Of a DNA stretch of 46,386 bases, positions 17,096-25,374 are shown one piece after another. The translations under genes and the position numbers were made by a program. Origin of the DNA: Candidatus Woesearchaeota archaeon (GTDB lineage: Archaea > Nanobdellota > Nanobdellia > Pacearchaeales > GW2011-AR1); contig CAYHOV010000001.1 of assembly GCA_964358615.1 (NCBI GenBank), positions 1 to 46,386 on the forward strand, given 5' to 3'. Position 1 is the stretch's first letter. Each line of letters starts with the position of its first letter. Below the pieces are notes generated by a model that saw only the letters and a list, made by a program, of their open reading frames with translations, ran no database searches and was not told where the DNA came from.

Positions 17096-18016
17096 ATGGA
17101 TGAAATGATTTCACTTTGGGCTCTTAATGCGGTCAGAAAAAAAGAAGGGTTGGAAGTTTTGGCTGCTTATTTTCAGAGAGATATAAGTCCGGATATTAGC
17201 GACGGTGAATTTAATTATGCTGGTAAATATGGTCTGGTGAATATAGCTTCTAGTGAGCAAAAGTGGACTGTGGCTGATCAATTCGGTTCTGTGCGAAGTT
17301 TTAAAGTTGGAGATCATTGGTATTCTACTATCGGCGCAAATTGTCCGCTGAATGCAGGAACTCAGCTTGGACAAATCTCAATAGGAGGAGAACTTCTGAT
17401 GTATGCTGATGGAGATGAGACAAGAATTGCTGACGAAGATCGAGATCGGATCAGAGAGATGCGAGAATCGCGAAAGCACGGGAAAAAATTTGTCATCGGC
17501 GCGAGAAGAGATTTTCCAATCCAGCCATTTGTAGTTCCTTATTCTAAATGCAAAGAGGCTTTTCTTGTCCTTGATTATAGACTTGGACCTTCGGAAAAAG
17601 CTGAACAAGTTGTTGAAAAAGAAATCTCAGAAGAGGAAGATAAAGAGGAAGAGGAAAGAAGATCTAGAGAAATTTTAGAAAAAACAGAAAGAAATATTCA
17701 GGATATGTACAAAAAACTTAGAGAGGGGAGAAGTGAGGAATTGCTTACGCCAAAGGATCGGATAGAAAGAGAGTGTTGTCGACGAGTTTATTCTGGTCTG
17801 TGTAACTCAGTGAGAGAACCTTTTGATCAGCAACTTTCTGCTTCGACCCATGAAAGAGAGAGAAGAGAGCGTCTTAGAAAATGGGGCGGATTAATAAGAA
17901 AAAATAAATCAGTTATACGACAAGAACCTGAAATCAGAGAATTATTTAGATTTCCAGAAGAACTTGAGGGATTAGAAGTCACGGGTGTTGATTGTTATCT
18001 TGGTGATCATCAATGA
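17096..18016 (+). CDS. Hypothetical protein with a charged C-terminal half
   Basis: ORF 17039..18016. The start was placed at MDEM (17096) to avoid the overlap with the infB 3' end, but it remains ambiguous (17039, 17096 or 17105). Confidence 0.5.
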   Translation: MDEMISLWALNAVRKKEGLEVLAAYFQRDISPDISDGEFNYAGKYGLVNIASSEQKWTVADQFGSVRSFKVGDHWYSTIGANCPLNAGTQLGQISIGGELLMYADGDETRIADEDRDRIREMRESRKHGKKFVIGARRDFPIQPFVVPYSKCKEAFLVLDYRLGPSEKAEQVVEKEISEEEDKEEEERRSREILEKTERNIQDMYKKLREGRSEELLTPKDRIERECCRRVYSGLCNSVREPFDQQLSASTHERERRERLRKWGGLIRKNKSVIRQEPEIRELFRFPEELEGLEVTGVDCYLGDHQ

Positions 18017-18070
18017 AAAGATTTCTTAGGAAAGATTAAGATTTAAAAACCCTAGTCTGCAAGAATAATT

Positions 18071-18460
18071 ATGGTATTTAAGGCGAACATATCGCATAAT
18101 GGCAAGACTGTAAAAGTAGAATCTGACAATGAATCTCTTACTGAGAAGAATATCGGCGATAAGATCGACGGCAGTGAGCTTTCTGGAGATTTTGCAGGAT
18201 ATGAATTATTAATAACAGGGACATCAGACAAGGCCGGTTTTCCTGGAATGAAAGATGTGCAGGGATATACGCTTCGAGGCGTTTTATTGAAACGAGGATG
18301 GGGAATGCATGATACTCGAGAAGGCGTCAGATTAAGAAAAACAGTCCGAGGTTCGCAAATCTCTCTAGACATTGTACAGATCAACACAAAAGTCTTGAAA
18401 GAAGGGCCTAAAAAGTTTGATGAGATATTCAAGCCAAAAGAAAAAACAGATAAAAAATAA
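18071..18460 (+). CDS. rps6e: 30S ribosomal protein S6e
   Basis: GYELLITGTSDKAGFPGM...GVRLRKTVRG is typical of eS6. Confidence 0.92.
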   Translation: MVFKANISHNGKTVKVESDNESLTEKNIGDKIDGSELSGDFAGYELLITGTSDKAGFPGMKDVQGYTLRGVLLKRGWGMHDTREGVRLRKTVRGSQISLDIVQINTKVLKEGPKKFDEIFKPKEKTDKK

Positions 18461-18525
18461 TTTCTTGTTCTAAGTAGTAAAATCAAACGCTAAATATTTA
18501 TTAATGATATAATTCTTTCAAAAAA

Positions 18526-18798
18526 ATGAGTACAACATGGTTTTCTGCTGATGGGAGAAATACTGATGGCTATGATCAAATCGAAGCTAGATTAAAATTT
18601 TTGAGAAAAAATAAAGATATTTCTCCGAACGATAGGAGATATGAATTAAACGTAGTCTATTCTATTTTTTCAGAGATTCCTGCAGAATCCTCCAGACAAG
18701 ACCAGGGGAGAAGAATTATGCGCGTTCTTGAAGAATTAGGATTACTGGAAGAATGGGCATTGGCGATGGTAGGAAGCATGGATACGGGCACAACATAA
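18526..18798 (+). CDS. Hypothetical protein
   Basis: 90-aa ORF directly upstream of the helicase gene. Confidence 0.45.
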   Translation: MSTTWFSADGRNTDGYDQIEARLKFLRKNKDISPNDRRYELNVVYSIFSEIPAESSRQDQGRRIMRVLEELGLLEEWALAMVGSMDTGTT

Positions 18799-18843
18799 AT
18801 TTATCACACAAAGCCTTAAAAATCCTGTTAAGAATAAACAAAG

Positions 18844-20769
18844 ATGTGGTCGCTGTTCCAAAGAAAAGAGAGTGAAAATTCAATAGGTGATGGATTATTT
18901 GATTATAGCGGCGAGAAGCTTGAACCGATAAAATTTTCAAATGGGAAAACCCAGGCAGATGTTGTCGCTGAAATATTGAAATCAATCGGCGATGGTTACA
19001 AAGTAATTTTTATTAAAGGAGTTTGTGGTTCTGGAAAAAGTGCGATTGCATTGAATCTGGCAAGACATTTCAACAGGAGTGCGATTGTCGTGCCGATAAA
19101 ATCCTTGCAAGAGCAGTATGAAAAAGATTATACCAAGAAAAAATTTATTCTGAAAAAAGATAATAGTAAATTAAAGATAGGCGTGATAAAAGGCAGAAAT
19201 AATTTTAGATGTCCGTTCTCTGGGGAACGCTGCGATGATCTGCAACTGCCATGCATAATTGAATTGCGAGATAAAAATATGAATGAAATAAAAAAATATG
19301 TTGATATGAACAAAGCTGTTGAAAAAGAAGATTTCTCTTCGATAGCAGATGTCAGGAGAATGTCTATTGCTCCGGCTTGTCCGTATTGGGGTCCGATCTT
19401 GCCCGCAGATCTGAATGCAAAAGGATTGGAAGGAGCAAAAAAGAAAAAATATACGACTATAACTGGAAAAGAATATGCTGTCTATCAAAGACAAAGAGGC
19501 TGCGGATATTATGACCAGTATGATGCTTATACAGAGTCAGATGTTATGATTTTTAATAGCCAGAAATATCTAATTGAATTAGCTCTTGGAAGAAAACCAA
19601 AAACAGAGATAGACGTCATCGACGAGTGTGACGAGTTCCTGGATAATTTTGCGCAGGAAAAAAAGATTAATTTGAGCAGATTGCTAAGTTCGTTGAGTAA
19701 TCTTTATCCAGAAGAACCAAAAGATAGAGAAGCAATAAAAAAAATCATATTTGAATTAAATGAAATATTGCTTGAGGATGATTTTTCTAAGGGAGGAAAC
19801 ATCGAAAAAATTGCCGGTTCTAAAATAAATAAATTAGTTGAAATGATCCTCGAGAATGTTCATCTCGCAGAAGACGAAGAGAACAGCTACTATAATTCTG
19901 TTGTTGAGATTGTAAAATCGTTTGAAGATTTTCTGACTCAGACCTATGTTTCATTCTACAAAGTTGGAGAAGAAACTAAAACCAAACAAGGCCAGGCAAG
20001 TTTATTTGGAAATTTTGAAGAACGAGAAGAAAGAAGAAATAATATCTATGCTGAACTTGTCACTATAAATATTGCTGGAAGATTTAAGGAACTCATAGAT
20101 AGCACAAATGTGCTTGTGTTGATGTCTGGAACTCTGCATTCTGAAAAAGTTCTAAAAGATATTTACGGGTTGGATAAGTTCAAGATCATCGAAGCTGAAA
20201 CTACTCCGCCTGGGACGATTGTAAAATACAGGACAGGAATGGAGAAAAATTGCAAGTATGAAAATTTCAAAGCAGGCTTTATCACTCGGCAACAATATCT
20301 TAGAGCGTTTTCTTCCTGCGTGGCCAATTCGAAAACACCGACGCTGGTCCATATAAATTCTTTTGATGATCTGCCGACAGAACTTGAGAAAGCAGAATAT
20401 AATTTAGATAATTTAATAACTAAAGATCGGTTGATTGAAATGCAGGACAAGGACAAAACAAATCGTGAAGTTGACCGGTTTAAGTCTGGAGAGATGGATA
20501 TTCTTTTTACGACAAAATGTTCGAGGGGTGTTGATTTTCCCGGAGAGATGTGCAATTCTATAATTTTGACAAAGTATCCTTATCCAAATATAAAATCATT
20601 ATTCTGGAGAATCTTGAATAAAGAAAAACCAGAACAGTTTTTTGAGTTTTATCTTGATAAAGCTCGGAGAGAATTATTACAAAAAATCTATCGAGGATTA
20701 AGATTTAAGGAAGACCATATCATCTTGATGTCTCCTGACTCGAGGATCTTAGACGCGAATTTGAAATAA
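18844..20769 (+). CDS. XPD/Rad3/DinG-family superfamily-2 DNA helicase with a 4-Cys (Fe-S-like) insertion
   Basis: Walker A GVCGSGKS, DECD box (VIDECDEF), Cys cluster FRCPFSGERCDDLQLPC...ACPYW, and the C-terminal motif TTKCSRGVDFPG...ILTKYPYP. Confidence 0.7.
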   Translation: MWSLFQRKESENSIGDGLFDYSGEKLEPIKFSNGKTQADVVAEILKSIGDGYKVIFIKGVCGSGKSAIALNLARHFNRSAIVVPIKSLQEQYEKDYTKKKFILKKDNSKLKIGVIKGRNNFRCPFSGERCDDLQLPCIIELRDKNMNEIKKYVDMNKAVEKEDFSSIADVRRMSIAPACPYWGPILPADLNAKGLEGAKKKKYTTITGKEYAVYQRQRGCGYYDQYDAYTESDVMIFNSQKYLIELALGRKPKTEIDVIDECDEFLDNFAQEKKINLSRLLSSLSNLYPEEPKDREAIKKIIFELNEILLEDDFSKGGNIEKIAGSKINKLVEMILENVHLAEDEENSYYNSVVEIVKSFEDFLTQTYVSFYKVGEETKTKQGQASLFGNFEEREERRNNIYAELVTINIAGRFKELIDSTNVLVLMSGTLHSEKVLKDIYGLDKFKIIEAETTPPGTIVKYRTGMEKNCKYENFKAGFITRQQYLRAFSSCVANSKTPTLVHINSFDDLPTELEKAEYNLDNLITKDRLIEMQDKDKTNREVDRFKSGEMDILFTTKCSRGVDFPGEMCNSIILTKYPYPNIKSLFWRILNKEKPEQFFEFYLDKARRELLQKIYRGLRFKEDHIILMSPDSRILDANLK

Positions 20770-20834
20770 TTAGTTATTACTGTATAATAATAACAAATAG
20801 GAATATTTATAAACTTGGTAACCTTAAGATAAAT

Positions 20835-21098
20835 ATGGCAGTTTATGTTGATGTAAGATATCGGGAAGGGGTAGATTCCCATGAATTTACTAGACAGGTC
20901 CTGGAAGTAGCTAAAAGATTTAATTTTGATGGCACTAATCCATTGAAACCTCGACAAAATGGTTCGGCTAATATACGAAGTAGACTATATTGTTTTAAAG
21001 ATGGCTATGATGCTGCAAAATTTCAGAGAAGCATATTCAGTCGAGAAAGTGTTGGTGGTATTGAAAGTGTTGCAATGATTATATTTGCTCAACCATGA
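20835..21098 (+). CDS. Hypothetical protein
   Basis: 87-aa ORF. Its 3' end overlaps the gltX 3' end by 10 nt (convergent). Confidence 0.4.
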   Translation: MAVYVDVRYREGVDSHEFTRQVLEVAKRFNFDGTNPLKPRQNGSANIRSRLYCFKDGYDAAKFQRSIFSRESVGGIESVAMIIFAQP

Positions 21099-22810
21099 GC
21101 AAACCAAAACTCTGCTTCGTTGCGTTTTTTATCGAACTTATATAGACGGACAAAGCCAAATCTCTCGAATTGAATAATTGTCCCTATTTTTAATTTTGCA
21201 AGCTCTGGCTCGCCGTAGCCTTGAATCAGAGAGTTGTCAGGCATCCTCACTGTGACTTGAACATTTTTCTCTTTAGCAGGAAGCCAGTGAATGAATCTTG
21301 TTCCAAGATTTGGATCGGGCTCTTCAGAAATATAGTTGAATTCTTTTTCCTTAGTCAGCAAAGTATATTTTAACTCTGCATTTAACAGATGCATCAGGCG
21401 ATAGTTTCCTTCGTCCATCTGATCATAGTCTGTTTTGGAAATAAAAAATTCATTATTTGTCTTATAGTTACGATTTCCTAATTTTTCAGAAGGATGCAAC
21501 GGAATTTTAGCATTAATCTTCGGCGCGTTCCTTATGGTTATCTGAACAGGATTGTCTACAAAAAAATATCTTGGGCATTTGTCCAAAAGTTTTCGGTTTA
21601 TCGAATATAAAACATCAACTGCGACTGTGGAATTGCTTTTTGTGAGGCCCATGGAAACGCAAAATTCACGAATTGCCTCAGGCAATATTCCTCGGTCTCT
21701 CAGGCTTTGTAAACTCCAGGTCCGGGGATCATTCCAACCGATAAAAGTTCCTGCCCGAACTTCCTTAGCTCCTTTGCTCTTCGATAATTTCACTCCCTCA
21801 ATCTGAAAAAAACCCGTATGTATCGTTACTGGCTTTTTCCATTTCAGCAAATCCCAGATATATTCCTCGACCTGAGTCTCCATTACCAGATCCATTCCTC
21901 GGATAATATGTGTGATTCCTAGAAGATGGTCGTCGATTGCCCAGGAGAATTCCAGCAACGGCCAAACATTGTATTTATCTTTTACTCTAGGATGAATTCT
22001 GTCAGAGATCCTGAACATAACTCGGTCTCGGAAAGCAGGATTTGGATCTTGCATATTTGTTTTTAATCTAACGGTGTACTCGCCTGGTTTTGCTTCGAAC
22101 ATTTTTTTCCAGCGTTTTTTCTGTTCTGAAAGAGGCGAGAATCTGCAAGCACATTCAATTCCTTTGGCCTTGAGGTCGTGCATTGTTTCCTGAGAACAGT
22201 TGCAAACATAGAGATAACCTTTTTCTATCATTTCAAGGGCATATTTATAGTAAATCTTCAGGCGATCGGATTTGTAAATAATTTTCGGAGAAGATTTTAC
22301 TTTCAGCCATTTTAATCCTTCTGGAATTAAATCATAGGCTTCGGGTTCAATGGGTTTTTCGTCGCTGCCTATGGTATCATCCATAATAAGAATCAACTTG
22401 CCGTGATACATTTTTGTGTATTCATCATTGAGGATTGCCTGCCGAGTATTTCCGATATGCAGAGGACCTGAAGGAAATGGTGGAAAGCGTGTTACAACTT
22501 TTTTATCTTCTGCATTTTCTAATGGCGCGAGACCTTCGCGTTTTTCTCTTTTTTTGACAAGATCCTGATTATTCTCCAACGCTGATTTTTGTTTTTCAAC
22601 AGGCATAGCATTAACCTCGGTCAAGACTTTTTGTATCAACGGCATTACATCTTTGATATTTTCTTTTTGCAGACCCTCAGTAAATAGTGAGTTCAGAACA
22701 GGGCCCTGCGCAGCTTTTCCGTTGTGGTCAACAGCATTCTGCAGAGCGTATGCTTTTATTTTTTCAAGTGGTGGAAGTAGTGGTTTTTTCTGTTCCTCTT
22801 TTTTGGCCAT
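21089..22810 (-). CDS. gltX: Glutamyl-tRNA synthetase, archaeal/eukaryotic type
   Basis: HIGH-type motif PLHIGN, KMSKS-type motif KLSKSKG, and the archaeal N-terminal YALQNAVDHNGKA segment. Confidence 0.92.
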   Translation of the reverse strand: MAKKEEQKKPLLPPLEKIKAYALQNAVDHNGKAAQGPVLNSLFTEGLQKENIKDVMPLIQKVLTEVNAMPVEKQKSALENNQDLVKKREKREGLAPLENAEDKKVVTRFPPFPSGPLHIGNTRQAILNDEYTKMYHGKLILIMDDTIGSDEKPIEPEAYDLIPEGLKWLKVKSSPKIIYKSDRLKIYYKYALEMIEKGYLYVCNCSQETMHDLKAKGIECACRFSPLSEQKKRWKKMFEAKPGEYTVRLKTNMQDPNPAFRDRVMFRISDRIHPRVKDKYNVWPLLEFSWAIDDHLLGITHIIRGMDLVMETQVEEYIWDLLKWKKPVTIHTGFFQIEGVKLSKSKGAKEVRAGTFIGWNDPRTWSLQSLRDRGILPEAIREFCVSMGLTKSNSTVAVDVLYSINRKLLDKCPRYFFVDNPVQITIRNAPKINAKIPLHPSEKLGNRNYKTNNEFFISKTDYDQMDEGNYRLMHLLNAELKYTLLTKEKEFNYISEEPDPNLGTRFIHWLPAKEKNVQVTVRMPDNSLIQGYGEPELAKLKIGTIIQFERFGFVRLYKFDKKRNEAEFWFAHG

Positions 22811-22902
22811 GATAATTTATGGAAAAGGGGGATTTTAAATTTAACCCTTATAAAAATAGGGGGTTTTTTAAAGTCAAAAAGTATAATAATATTAATATGT
22901 TC

Positions 22903-22945
22903 CCTGGTATGGTCTTCGGGCAATACCAGGTCTTATTTTTATTTT
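22903..22945 (+). other. Stable UUCG-capped hairpin followed by a T-rich tract
   Basis: CCTGGTAT (22903-22910) pairs with ATACCAGG (22923-22930). An inner GTC/GGC stem closes a TTCG loop, and TCTTATTTTTATTTT follows. It lies 93-120 nt upstream of gltX on the opposite strand. Confidence 0.35.
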
Positions 22946-23137
22946 AGTTCTATTAATTTGGCTATCTTTTTAGTTAGGCCGTTGTTGGGTGAGAAGTGTA
23001 TCTGGCGTGCATTTTTTCGTTCGTGGGGACCTGACTTGTATTTGGTTCTCTTTGGGAAGAAAGAAAAGACTGACTGGGTGGAACGTTCCAGTTCTTATAT
23101 TATTAAAAAATTCCGAATAATTTTTAGGAAATGAAGA

Positions 23138-23275
23138 TTATTTTTGTTTTGAGAGAAAGACTTTTACACCAAGGATAAAGAATATAAGCATAGCTAAAAA
23201 CGCGATTATCCCTACAAGATAAAGCATCCAAGGGGCAATCTTTGCTCCTGCAAGATTTAGAGAATCAATGAAACT
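23138..23275 (-). pseudogene. 3' fragment of a small membrane-protein ORF (...SFIDSLNLAGAKIAPWMLYLVGIIAFLAMLIFFILGVKVFLSKQK)
   Basis: Open frame without a start codon that ends at TAA 23138-23140. It encodes a clear TM helix plus a basic tail and abuts the right-end hairpin of the IS. Confidence 0.35.
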
Positions 23276-23795
23276 CCCAGTCGCAGCAAGCTGCGGGGTA
23301 TCAACGGAACTCGAATAATTCCAATTGATTAATACTTCTTCCCTGTTCTAAAATATATTTTCTAACTTGTTCCAATGCTCTTCCATCGCCAACTGTATCT
23401 ATATGTCCTCCATCACTCCAAAATTCTCCGCCCCATAATTCTTCCTCTTTTAACTTTGGAAATTTTTTAAAAATTTGTATTGCTAAAATACTTTTACAGA
23501 TTTGCATAATTCTCGACGGAGAATACTTTGGAGCTCCACGAACTAAAATATGAACATGATTTTCTTCATGTCCAACTGCATCAAATTTAAAGTAATACCT
23601 ATCTTCGATATTATTACAAATCTCTTTCATAAGTTCAAACATTTCATTTGTTATCAAACTCTTTCTAAACTTTAAAACAAGAACCATATGATATCTAATT
23701 CGGTAAGTACAATGAGGAGCATGCATTACTTCCATATGATTCTCGAGGGATTTTGCTATTAAAAACTATCGCAGCAAGCTGCGGGGTATTAACCC
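23271..23795 (-). mobile_element. IS200-type (tnpA-only) IS200/IS605-family insertion sequence, copy 1
   Basis: A Y1 transposase gene is flanked on the same strand by CGCAGC-AA-GCTGCG hairpins with shared GGGGTAT flanks (23282-23295 and 23769-23782). The boundaries are approximate. Confidence 0.75.
23301..23735 (-). CDS. tnpA: IS200/IS605-family Y1 (HUH) transposase TnpA
   Basis: YHMVLVLKFRK, HUH motif HVHILV and C-terminal catalytic-Tyr helix VRKYILEQG. About 140 aa, as in IS200 TnpA. Confidence 0.85.
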   Translation of the reverse strand: MEVMHAPHCTYRIRYHMVLVLKFRKSLITNEMFELMKEICNNIEDRYYFKFDAVGHEENHVHILVRGAPKYSPSRIMQICKSILAIQIFKKFPKLKEEELWGGEFWSDGGHIDTVGDGRALEQVRKYILEQGRSINQLELFEFR

Positions 23796-23878
23796 AGAAC
23801 GGGAATAAAAATCGGCAACATTGATATAGAAAGTGCCAGAAAAGTAATACCTAATGTGGTTCTATCATTTTGATCCAT
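23765..23878 (-). pseudogene. 5' fragment of the small membrane-protein ORF (MDQNDRTTLGITFLALSISNVADFYSRSG...)
   Basis: ATG at 23878. The frame runs into the IS left-end hairpin and stops at TAG 23765-23767 inside it. Confidence 0.3.
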
Positions 23879-23902
23879 ATCTTTCTTAGCTTAATATGCT
23901 AT

Positions 23903-24352
23903 TTAAATCTGTTTTTTAATTGATTTATTTTTATGCAAGGTCAATTTCATTATTTCTTTTTGTATTTTTAAAAAAGAGTTATATAATTCCAACTCACCTT
24001 TTGAAATTACGGGAAACTCTTCCAAAAGTTCTAATATCCTTTTTTGTTGTTCTTTTGTTGCTTTATTAAATGATAAATTATTCTCATTTATTCGTCTTTG
24101 AAAGTTATTTTTTAGAGTATTAATAAACAAAGCTGTGACCTCTACTTCAACTTTTTTACTCTCTTCTTGGGTTTTAACACAATCAATTTTGTCCAATGCT
24201 AAATTTGTAATTCTAAACCAATCCTCGGTTTTACTTGAACCTATGATGAAGTAAGTAATTTGAACTAAATCTCTTAGTTCTATCAATATTTTATCAATTG
24301 GTTTGACAATCTCTGTTTTATCTTTGCATTTAAACCAATCTAATAATCCCAT
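23903..24352 (-). CDS. Hypothetical protein with N-terminal MGLLDWFKCK amphipathic motif
   Basis: 149-aa helical, K/E-rich ORF. Confidence 0.55.
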   Translation of the reverse strand: MGLLDWFKCKDKTEIVKPIDKILIELRDLVQITYFIIGSSKTEDWFRITNLALDKIDCVKTQEESKKVEVEVTALFINTLKNNFQRRINENNLSFNKATKEQQKRILELLEEFPVISKGELELYNSFLKIQKEIMKLTLHKNKSIKKQI

Positions 24353-24470
24353 AAATAAGAAAGAATATTCACATTTATTAAGTTTTAGTTTCGTCGTTCG
24401 TCGTGAGCGCGGCCCCCATTAGGCGGGAAAACGACTTCCGTTTCAAAAACGACTTTAGAAAATACTAAAA

Positions 24471-24491
24471 ATCAAACCCAAAAATTCCAAT
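24471..24491 (+). repeat. 21-nt exact repeat ATCAAACCCAAAAATTCCAAT (copy 1)
   Basis: Identical to 27910-27930, with a degenerate third copy at 9206-9225. It overlaps the stop codon of the 24491 gene. Confidence 0.6.
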
Positions 24492-25018
24492 CAATAAGTT
24501 CCATTCAGCTTTTTTTCTAAGAAAGCAATGCGCTGTTCTAGCTGATAGACCAAACTATCCATTTTTTCTATTTTCATATCAACTTCGCGTTTTGAATATT
24601 GATCTAACGAATTCATCGACGAGGAAGATGAAGAAGATGATTGGGCAAAAAATGGCGAGGGTACTTGAGAGACTTGAGTTGAAGTTGACGAAGAACTTGT
24701 TGGCGTGTCAAAAAAACTCAAAAATCCTTCGGGCGATGGACTTGATGAAGAACTTGATGACTCGGAAATTATTGTTGATGAGTTTTCTGCCGAGTTGGAA
24801 ATTGATGTTGATTCTGGAATTGATATCATGCCGGAAGAATCTAATATATTAGATGAAATATTTGAAGGTGTCGACGGTAAAGTTGATTGAGACATAGATA
24901 ATTCGACATAGCCGTCTTTATTTTGTTTGAGATCTATGTCTTCGCGAGGAACAAGAAGATTTCCATTTTTCTGCAATTCGCGAATATCTATCATCCCCTT
25001 TTTCTTAAACCATTCCAT
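24491..25018 (-). CDS. Hypothetical protein: N-terminal MEWFKKKG domain, Ser-rich linker, C-terminal coiled coil
   Basis: 175-aa ORF. It has a low-complexity poly-Ser centre and a heptad-like C-terminus (KIEKMDSLVYQLEQRIAFLEKKL). Confidence 0.55.
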   Translation of the reverse strand: MEWFKKKGMIDIRELQKNGNLLVPREDIDLKQNKDGYVELSMSQSTLPSTPSNISSNILDSSGMISIPESTSISNSAENSSTIISESSSSSSSPSPEGFLSFFDTPTSSSSTSTQVSQVPSPFFAQSSSSSSSSMNSLDQYSKREVDMKIEKMDSLVYQLEQRIAFLEKKLNGTY

Positions 25019-25141
25019 ATTATTCAGAGGGTAGTGGTTTATTTAAATGTTACGAGGGGTCTAAAAAAAACTAGACAAAAATTTCTCACAATTTGCTTTT
25101 GGACTTAAGAGATACTAATATAAAATCAAAAGCGAATTATT

Positions 25142-25191
25142 CGGCTTCGCTTTATAAAAAGTTGCTTGGCAGCGACTAACGATTAATTAAT
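25142..25191 (+). repeat. GC-rich intergenic module copy X3
   Basis: CGGCTTCGCT box (25142-25151), hairpin TTGCT-TGGC-AGCGA (25162-25175) and ATTAATTAAT (25182-25191). The order and spacing match copy X2. Confidence 0.45.
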
Positions 25192-25374
25192 AGAAACTTA
25201 AACGGTAGTCACAACAAGTTAGGTTCATGTTTTTTTGATTTTATGATTATTAAGCATCATCATGCTAATATTTATCCAGCAAAAACCTAAAGAAAGCCTT
25301 TTTAAAACTCTGAATGAAACCAAAGGCCAAAAGAATAATTTAAAAACATCGAGAACATAAGATAACTAGGAAAA

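Noticed and set aside
22974-23137. About 55-codon open frame (LGRCWVRSVSGVHFFVRGDL...) upstream of gltX
   Set aside because: It has no ATG, and its Trp/Cys/Arg/Gly-rich composition comes from G/T-rich DNA. I treated it as non-coding.
24592-24890. Acidic plus-strand ORFs (86 and 61 aa) opposite the Ser-rich gene
   Set aside because: They are mirror-image products of the TCx/GAx low-complexity repeat. The minus-strand ORF is longer and has defined N- and C-terminal domains.
25240-25270. ATGATGA (C-box-like) in the palindrome AGCATCATCATGCT as a C/D-box sRNA
   Set aside because: There is no matching D box (CTGA) or C'/D' at the right spacing, and no terminal stem.
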